A stretch of 64,000 nucleotides of DNA from Eledone cirrhosa (taxonomy: Eukaryota). Each line of letters opens with the position of its first letter. Position 1 is the first letter of the stretch. Position numbers and translations under genes: made by a program. Location of the stretch: contig OZ024741.1 in assembly GCA_964016885.1 (NCBI GenBank), positions 7,192,001 to 7,256,000 on the forward strand. The letters are read 5' to 3'. A model generated the notes under the pieces. It made no database searches. It saw only the letters and a list, made by a program, of their open reading frames with translations, and was not told the DNA's origin. This document shows, piece by piece, positions 55,001 through 64,000 of the stretch.

Positions 55001-58000
55001 TGGTGGTGGTGATAGTGGTGGTGGGGTTAGTGGTGGTGGTGATAGTGGTGGTGGTGTTAGTGGTGGTGGGGATAGTGGTGGTGGTGATAGTGGTGGTGGT
55101 GTTAGTGGTGGTGGTGTTAGTGGTGGTGGTGATAGTGGTGGTGGTGATAGTGGTGGTGGTGTTAGTGGTGGTGGTGTTAGTGGTGGTGGGGTTAGTGGTG
55201 GTGGTGTTAGTGGTGGTGGTGTTAGTGGTGGTGGTGATAGTGGTGGTGGTGTTAGTGGTGGTGGGGATAGTGGTGGTGGTGTTAGTGGTTGTGGTGTTAG
55301 TGGTGGTGGGGTTAGTGGTGGTGGTGTTAGTGGTGGTGGTGTTAGTGGTGGTGGTGATAGTGGTGGTGGTGTTAGTGGTGGTGGGGTTAGTGGTGGTGGT
55401 GTTAGTGGTGGTGGTGATAGTGGTGGTGGTGATAGTGGTGGTGGTGATAGTGTTGGTGGTGTTAGTGGTGGTGGGGTTAGTGGTGGTGGTGTTAGTGGTG
55501 GTGGTGTTAGTGGTGGTGGTGATAGTGGTGGTGGTGATAGTGGTGGTGTTAGTGGTGGTGGTGTTAGTGGTGGTGGGGTTAGTGGTGGTGGTGTTAGTGG
55601 TGGTGGTGATAGTGGTGGTGGGGTTAGTGGTGGTGGTGATAGTGGTGGTGGTGTTAGTGGTGGTGGGGTTAGTGGTGGTGGTGGTGATAGTGGTGGTGGT
55701 GTTAGTGGTGGTGGGGTTAGTGGTGGTGGTCGTGATAGTGGTGGTGGTGATAGTGGTGGTGGGGTTAGTGGTGGTGGTGTTAGTGGTGGTGGTGATAGTG
55801 GTGGTGGTGATAGTGGTGGTGGTGATAGTGGTGGTGGTGTTAGTGGTGGTGGGGTTAGTGGTGGTGGTATTAGTGGTGGTGGGGTTAGTGGTGGTGGTGT
55901 TAGTGGTGGTGGTGATAGTGGTGGTGGTGATGGTGGTGGTGGTGATAGTGGTGGTGGGGTTAGTGGTGGTGGTGTTAGTGGTGGTGGTGTTAGTGGTGGT
56001 GGTGATAGTGGTGGTGGTGTTAGTGGTGGTGGGGTTAGTGGTGGTGGTGTTAGTGGTGGTGGTGATAGTGGTGGTGGTGATAGTGGTGGTGGTGTTAGTG
56101 GTGGTGATGATAGTGGTGGTGGTGTTAGTGGTGTTGGTGTTAGTGGTGGTGGTGATAGTGGTGGTGGTGTTAGTGGTGGTGATGATAGTGGCGGTGGTGA
56201 TAGTGGTGTTGGTGTTAGTGGTGGTGGTGATAGTGGTGTTGGTGATAGTGGTGGTGGGGATAGTGGTGTTGGTGATAGTGGTGGTGGTGTTAGTGGTGAT
56301 GGTGATAGTGGTGGTGATGGTGATAGTGGTGGTGGTGTTAGTGGTGGTGGTGATAGTGGTGGTGGTGTTAGTGGTGGTGGTGTTAGTGGTGGTGGTGTTA
56401 GTGGTGGTGGTGATAGTGGTGGTGGTGATAGTGGTGGTGGTGATAGTGATGGTGGTGATAGTGGTGGTGGTGATAGTGGTGGTGGTGTTAGTGGTGGTGG
56501 TGATAGTTGTGGTGGTGGTGTTAGTGGTGGTGGTGATAGTGGTGATGGTGGTGATAGTGGTGGTGGTGTTAGTGGTGGTGGTGATAGTGGTGGTGGTGTT
56601 AGTGGTGGTGGTGTTAGTGGTGGTGGTGTTAGTGGTGGTGGTGATAGTGGTGGTGGTGATAGTGGTGGTGGTGATAGTGATGGTGGTGATAGTGGTGGTG
56701 GTGATAGTGGTGGTGGTGTTAGTGGTGGTGGTGATAGTTGTGGTGGTGGTGTTAGTGGTGGTGGTGATAGTGGTGGTGGTGTTAGTGGTGGTGGTGATAG
56801 TGGTGGTGGTGATAGTGGTGGTGGTGATAGTGGTGGTGGTGATAGTGGTGGTGGTGATAGTGGTGGTGGTGATGATAGTGGTGGTGGTGATAGTGGTGGT
56901 GGTGTTAGTGGTGGTGGTTTTAGTGGTGGTGGTAGTTATGGTGGTAGTGGTGATGGTGATAGTGGTGGTGGTGATAGTGGTGGTGGTGATAGTGGTGGTG
57001 GTGATAGTGGTGGTGGTGTTAGTGGTGGTGGTGATAGTGGTGGTGGTGTTAGTGGTGGTGGTGTTAGTGGTGGTGGTGATAGTGGTGGTGGTGTTAGTGG
57101 TGGTGGTGTTAGTGGTGGTGGTGTTAGTGGTGGTGGTGATAGTGGTGGTGGTGATAGTGGTGGTGGTGATAGTGATGGTGGTGATAGTGGTGGTGGTGTT
57201 AGTGGTGGTGGTGTTAGTGGTGGTGGTAGTTATGGTGGTAGTGGTGATGGTGATAGTGGTGGTGGTGATAGTGGTGGTGGTGTTAGTGGTGGTGGTGATA
57301 GTGGTGGTGGTGTTAGTGGTGGTGGTGTTAGTGGTGGTGGTAGTTATGGTGGTAGTGGTGATGGTGATAGTGGTGGTGGTGATAGTGGTGGTGGTGATAG
57401 TGGTGGTGGTGATAGTGGTGGTGGTGTTAGTGGTGGTGGTGATAGTGGTGGTGGTGTTAGTGGTGGTGGTGTTAGTGGTGGTGGTAGTTATGGTGGTAGT
57501 GGTGATGGTGATAGTGGTGGTGGTGATAGTGGTGGTGGTGATAGTGGTGGTGGTGTTAGTGGTGGTGGTGATAGTTGTGGTGGTGGTGTTAGTGGTGGTG
57601 GTGATAGTGGTGATGGTGGTGATAGTGGTGGTGGTGTTAGTGGTGGTGGTGATAGTGGTGGTGGTGTTAGTGGTGGTGGTGTTAGTGGTGGTGGTAGTTA
57701 TGGTGGTAGTGGTGATGGTGATAGTGGTGGTGGTGATAGTGGTGGTGGTGATAGTGGTGGTGGTGTTAGTGGTGGTGGTGATAGTTGTGGTGGTGGTGTT
57801 AGTGGTGGTGGTGATAGTGGTGATGGTGGTGATAGTGGTGGTGGTGTTAGTGGTGGTGGTGATAGTGGTGGTGGTGTTAGTGGTGGTGGTGTTAGTGGTG
57901 GTGGTGTTAGTGGTGGTGGTGATAGTGGTGGTGGTGATAGTGGTGGTGGTGATAGTGATGGTGGTGATAGTGGTGGTGGTGATAGTGGTGGTGGTGTTAG

Positions 58001-59770
58001 TGGTGGTGGTGATAGTTGTGGTGGTGGTGTTAGTGGTGGTGGTGATAGTGGTGGTGCTGTTAGTGGTGTTAGTGGTGGTGGTGATAGTGGTGGTGGTGAT
58101 AGTGGTGATGGTGGTGATAGTGGTGGTGGTGTTAGTGGTGGTGGTGATAGTGGTGGTGGTGATAGTGGTGATGGTGGTGATAGTGGTGGTGGTGTTAGTA
58201 GTGGTGGTGATAGTGGTGGTGGTGATAGTGGTGGTGGTGATAGTGGTGGTGGTGATAGTGGTGGTGGTGTTAGTGGTGATGGTGATAGTGGTGGTTGTGG
58301 CAGTGGTGGTGGTGGTGGTAGTGGTAGTGGTGTTGGTTGTGGCAGTGGTGGTGGTGGTGGTAGTGGTGGTGGTGTTGGTTGTGGCAGTGGTGGTGGTGGT
58401 GGTGTTGGTTGTGGCAGTGATGGTGGTGGTGGTGGTGGTGTTGGTTGTGGCAGTGATGGTGGTGGTGGTGGTGGTTGTGTTGGTTGTGGCAGTGATGGTG
58501 GTGGTGGTGGTGGTGTTGGTTGTGGCAGTGATGGTGGTGGTGGTAGTGTTGGTTGTGGCAGTGATGGTGATGGTGGTGTTGGTTGTGGCAGTGATGGTGG
58601 TGGTGGTGGTGGTGTTGGTTGTGGCAGTGATGGTGGTGGTGGTGGTGGTGTTGGTTGTGGCAGTGATGGTGGTGGTGGTAGTGTTGGTTGTGGCAGTGAT
58701 GGTGATGGTGGTGTTGGTTGTGGCAGTGATGGTGTGGTGTTGTTGGTTGTGGCAGTGATGGTGGTGGTGGTGGTGTTGTTGGTTGTGGCAGTGATGGTGG
58801 TGGTGGTGGTGTTGTTGGTGTTGGTTGTGGCAGTGATGGTGGTGGTGGTGTTGTTTGTGGCAGTGATGGTGGTGGTGGTGCTGGTGTGGCAGTGATGGTG
58901 GTGGTGGTGGTGGTGGTGTTGGTTGTGGCAGTGATGGTGGTGGTGGTGTTGGCTGTGGCAGTGATGGTTTGGTGTTGTTGGTGTGGCAGTGATGGTGGTG
59001 GTGGTGGTGGCAGTGATGGTTTGGTGGTGGTGTTGGTGTGGCAGTGATGGTGGTGCTGGTTGTGGCAGTGATGGTGTGGTGGTGGTGTTGTTGGTGTTGG
59101 TTGTGGCAGTGATGGTGGTGGTGGTGTTGTTTGTGGCAGTGATGGTTTCGTGTTGTTGGTGTGGCAGTGATGGTGGTGGTGGTGGTGGCAGTGATGGTTT
59201 GGTGGTGGTGTTGGTGTGGCAGTGATGGTGGTGCTGGTTGTGGCAGTGATGGTGTGGTGTTGGTGTTGTTGGTGTTGGTTGTGGCAGTGATGGTGGTGGT
59301 GGTGGTGTTGTTGGTGTTGGTTGTGGCAGTGATGGTGGTGGTGGTGTTGTTTGTGGCAGTGATGGTGGTGGTGGTGCTGATGTGGCAGTGATGGTGGTGG
59401 TGGTGGTGGTGGTGGTGTTGGTTGTGGCAGTGATGGTTTGGTGTTGTTGGTGTGGCAATGATGGTGGTGGTGGTGGTGGCAGTGATGGTTTGGTGGTGGT
59501 GTTGGTGTGGCAGTGATGGTGGTGCTGGTTGTGGCAGTGATGGTGTGGTGGTGGTGTTGGTGTGGCAGTGATGGTGGTGTTGGTTGTGGCAGTGATGGTG
59601 TGGTGGTGGTGTTGGTGTGGCAGTGATGGTGGTGTTGGTTGTGTCAGTGATGGTGTAGTGGTGGTGTTGGTGTGGCAGTGGTGGTGGTGGTGTTGGTTGT
59701 GTCAGTGATGGTGTGGTGGTGGTGTTGGTGTGGCAGTGATGGTGGTGGTGGTGTTGGTGTTGGTTGTGAT
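52020..59770. repeat. 7.7-kb GTG-based satellite; 15-mer (GTG)4-TTA/ATA grading into TTGGTTGTGGCAGTGATG units
   Basis: Direct inspection. Confidence 0.95.
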
Positions 59771-60044
59771 AGTGACGTTATTATTGTAGTGAAAGTGAAA
59801 GTGCCAGCCGTGTCAAGACAGTTCACCGTTCATTACAGTCTGTTATCATAGCATTACCTTTCTAGTATCATATCATTGTTTCAATTACACTCATTAACGA
59901 CACCCATAACCTTCATCTTTTATTTTTTTTACTATCTCTCTCCCTCACCTCTCTCTCACTCTCTCTCACCTCTCTCTCCCTCCTCTCTCTCACTCTCATG
60001 TATCCTCTTTGTTTTCATTATATATATATATATATATGAAAAAG

Positions 60045-60156
60045 TATGAACCTGACGGCAGAGCTCAAGCCGTTTCGACGGCTATTTCTGGGCTCTACTT
60101 CCCTAAGTTTTGAGTACTCTGGTGCGCTCTGATCCATCTGGTTCCTTATCACAATT

Positions 60157-60160
<4 letters not shown>
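60045..60160 (-). mobile_element. Ultra-short copy of the 5088 family: partial hammerhead plus inverted tail
   Basis: gacggcagagctcaagccgtttcgacggcta matches 5186-5216; 60092-60160 is the reverse complement of about 5092-5160. Confidence 0.75.
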
Positions 60161-60232
<72 letters not shown>

Positions 60233-60236
<4 letters not shown>

Positions 60237-60891
60237 AATATATAGAGAAACACACAGATACATGCGGAAACACACATATACATGAATATAGCCACATCCA
60301 TCCTTGCGTTAATGGTGCCAACCTTAACCGATGTTGCTCTATGAATAACTGGGACAAACCAATCCGAATGGATTAGACTGAACCAGTATCAGAGCTATAA
60401 AGTACATTATGAAGAGAGAAGAAACATTAGATACAATTAGTAATAAGATGTATCATACCTAAACTGCTTCTAGATTCCTCGACTACGTAGTTTCGTGGCA
60501 TAATCAAAAACAATACATCACAGAGATATATAATTTTTGTGAGGTCTGCCGACTTATCAAGAGGATACCTCATTAAGGGTTTCAAAAACACGTCTGTAAG
60601 ACGTTATAAGAGGTTTATAAGAGGCTTAGCTCTGTTTCTTGACCGCTGTATCACGTGATTGACTCCCCCTCCGCCTTTTGGGATTCTATCTCGCATCTTA
60701 CAGACGTGTTTTTGAAACCCTTAATGAGGTATCCTCTTGATAAGTCGGCAGACCTCACAAAAATTATATATCTCTGTGATGTATTGTTTTTGATTATGCC
60801 ACGAAACTACGTAGTCGAGGAATTTAGAAGCAGTTTAGGCATGATACATCTTATTACTAATTGTATCTAATGTTTCTTCTCTCTTCATAAT

Positions 60892-60896
<5 letters not shown>
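60233..60896 (+). mobile_element. Asymmetric fold-back element
   Basis: Arms 60401-60601 / 60696-60896, tail 60233-60400. Confidence 0.85.
60732..60821 (+). ncRNA. Type I hammerhead, U3-A8 core variant
   Basis: tcctc TTGATAA GT.GGCA...TGCCAC GAAA CTACGTAG TC gagga; mirror copy 60476-60565(-). Confidence 0.82.
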
Positions 60897-60947
<51 letters not shown>

Positions 60948-60948
<1 letters not shown>

Positions 60949-61153
60949 GTTATTCCGGGTTGAATCGGAGGTAACCACAGTAAGTAAGGTACTCAATACA
61001 TTGTAGAGTATAAAAGTTTTAATATAGATGAGATTCTACAGGACTAGAACTGTTTCATTCTTTAGAAATCATCAGGAACCGCTGAATCAGAGATTCCTGA
61101 TGATTTCTAAAGAATGAAACAGTTCTAGTCCTGTAGAATCTCATCTATATTAA

Positions 61154-61157
<4 letters not shown>
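60948..61157 (+). mobile_element. Minimal 210-bp fold-back element: tail plus hammerhead (61090-61142)
   Basis: gagattc CTGATGA TTTCT-aa-AGAAT GAAA CAG..CTG TA gaatctc; arms 61015-61078 / 61094-61157. Confidence 0.9.
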
Positions 61158-61195
<38 letters not shown>

Positions 61196-61199
<4 letters not shown>

Positions 61200-61579
61200 A
61201 AATTAGGTTTTTATACAAAATGAAAAATAACCGAGGTGTCCTACACGAGTGAAAGTATAAAGAAAAAAAAGATGTAATCGAAAATGCAACTGGAGTCTTT
61301 TAAAAAAATATTAATTTTTATTTGGTTCCTTTGCCGGTTCCGCAGTTTTGCTTTTCACAAGTAGAATTGAGATGGAGGGTTTGTGGTTTTTCTCGCATCT
61401 GATTGGTGTTCGAATGTTACTTCTGTTTTATATGGAAAAAAGTGACTCGAAATGCTAGGTTTTTAGAAAAGTAATTTGGTTGGTTGATGACTGTCATGTA
61501 AAGTATAATAAATTTCGCGCCAGTCTGCGTTACAAAATTCTTATTATACGTGACTGCATCAACCAACCATATGTATATA

Positions 61580-61670
<91 letters not shown>

Positions 61671-62131
61671 ATACTTTGGGAGGGTCATGTTGCCAATAAG
61701 AAACACACGCACCAGTTGCTTTCACTTCAATTTATTATATATTTATAAATTTATAAATTTACAAATCTACAAATTTATAAATTTCTGGTTGGTTGGTTGG
61801 TTCCACAACCAGATAGTTGTTTATATATAGTCATAGTCCTTTCGTCACACACTCTGTGACCTCTTCAGTGACTGGGGATTACTTTCTTTGTTTCTGTGCC
61901 TTTCCGTGACTATATATAAACAACTATCTGGTTGTGGAACCAACCAACCAACCAGAAATTTATAAATTTGTAGATTTGTAAATTTATAAATTTAGAAATA
62001 TATAATAAATTGAAGTGAAAGCAACTGGTGCGTGTGTTTCTTATTGGCAACATGACCCTCCCAAAGTATAACAATATCGGTTTCAACACACGATTTCAGA
62101 TAAAGAATCTTGCTAAACAAATTCAGAAACG

Positions 62132-62199
<68 letters not shown>

Positions 62200-62232
62200 G
62201 GTTGGTTGATGCAGTCACGTATAATAAGAACT
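61196..62232 (+). mobile_element. Fold-back element of the PLE family at 3590-4934; hammerhead 61829-61873(-)
   Basis: Reverse complement: agtca CTGAAGA G GTCACA-gagtg-TGTGAC GAAA GGAC TA tgact. Arms include an internal (TA)n. Left boundary uncertain. Confidence 0.8.
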
Positions 62233-62583
62233 ATATATATATATATAAAACATGAGAAGAAAGAAGAATACTGCGTGGTTTGCACATGGGTTACATATGA
62301 TAAAAATAGTCCTTCGTCAGTGATTTGCCAACCATCATTGGTATTACATCGCATTAAAAATCATATACCTCAGGTTGGTGCGAGCAATAAGCTAAAAAAA
62401 GTTATTGGGACCAGTAATCGCGTAAAGCGAGGGGGACAAGTGAACAACATAGAAGGATAAAAACAAACCAAAGAAAGGAAATAAACAAGCAACATGGTAG
62501 TCCTGGTCAGCATAAGCTGGGTGGATTTCATGAGCGATTAGTACAGACGTCCAACGTGAGTGAGATGGAAGCAAGAAAAGGCC

Positions 62584-63194
<611 letters not shown>

Positions 63195-63198
<4 letters not shown>

Positions 63199-63621
63199 AA
63201 AGAATAGAGGTGTAACACACAAGTTATTATATATTGGTAAACGGAATAGAAAATGCTGACAAATTGTTCACAGTTGAAAAATGGTTTAATTAGGAATAAA
63301 AGAGTATTAGTGATTGTATGGGTTAGTATTCAGTTGAGGTTTTAAGTTTTTAAGTTTTTACCGGTTGCGCATTTCTAAATGCTTTTCAAAAATAATTTTG
63401 AGATAGAGTGTCCGTGCTGTTTGCTCAGATCAGAGCAAACAGCACGGACACTCTATCTCAAAATTATTTTTGAAAAGCATTTAGAAATGCGCAACCGGTA
63501 AAAACTTAAAAACTTAAAACCTCAACTGAATACTAACCCATACAATCACTAATACTCTTTTATTCCTAATTAAACCATTTTTCAACTGTGAACAATTTGT
63601 CAGCATTTTCTATTCCGTTTA

Positions 63622-63627
<6 letters not shown>
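63195..63627 (+). mobile_element. Fold-back element without an obvious hammerhead
   Basis: Perfect ~195-bp arms centred about 63429, short tail 63195-63228. Confidence 0.8.
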
Positions 63628-63686
<59 letters not shown>

Positions 63687-64000
63687 TATATATATATATA
63701 TATACAGGGTGAGGACGATATTTGTTCGCAATTTTTAACTGCTAATTTTATGCAAATTTTTCTTACTTCCGTTGTTACTCTTGTCTTCATAAAAACAGTG
63801 ACTATATTTCCATTATTTATTTTCAGAATAATTGATTATGAATAATTTTGAACCTCCAAATTTGTGGAAGAGACACGGAGTTCTTGGAATCCACGCCGGG
63901 AGGACAAATGAGACCAGAAGATTTACACATATATGTATATATATCTACACATACACACACACTCACACACGCACTCACACTCACACACACACACACACAC

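Noticed and set aside
51979-58758. 2259-aa poly-valine ORF
   Set aside because: Trinucleotide-based satellite; implausible protein; start codon lies in a SINE
62300-62330. CTGACGA on the minus strand
   Set aside because: No downstream GAAA or stem III found

Overview
AT-rich eukaryotic DNA with no convincing full host gene. The SINE types and TA/CA microsatellite landscape resemble octopus genomes (inference from memory). It is a retroelement graveyard built on (TA)n arrays: two copies of one CR1/L2-group LINE plus a second family, RTE LINEs (one 858-aa stop-free ORF), a decayed Tx1/L1-like LINE, tRNA-derived SINEs, four Penelope-like element (PLE) fragments with GIY-YIG domains, and GTG/ACC satellites. 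Most ORF-track entries (YIYI, poly-V/T) are microsatellite artefacts. The main discovery is about a dozen small, sequence-unrelated asymmetric fold-back (hairpin) insertions in (TA)n. Most carry type I hammerhead ribozyme motifs, including U3-A8 compensatory and U4A core variants. Their unpaired 'tails' often share a covarying bulged stem-loop (RCUC-stem-loop-stem-UY-GAGY), a candidate cis-signal for PLE reverse transcriptase. Also present are a 467-bp tandem/inverted retrozyme-like element and a hairpin element containing a complete tRNA-like cloverleaf. All folds were done by eye; boundaries inside TA arrays are approximate.
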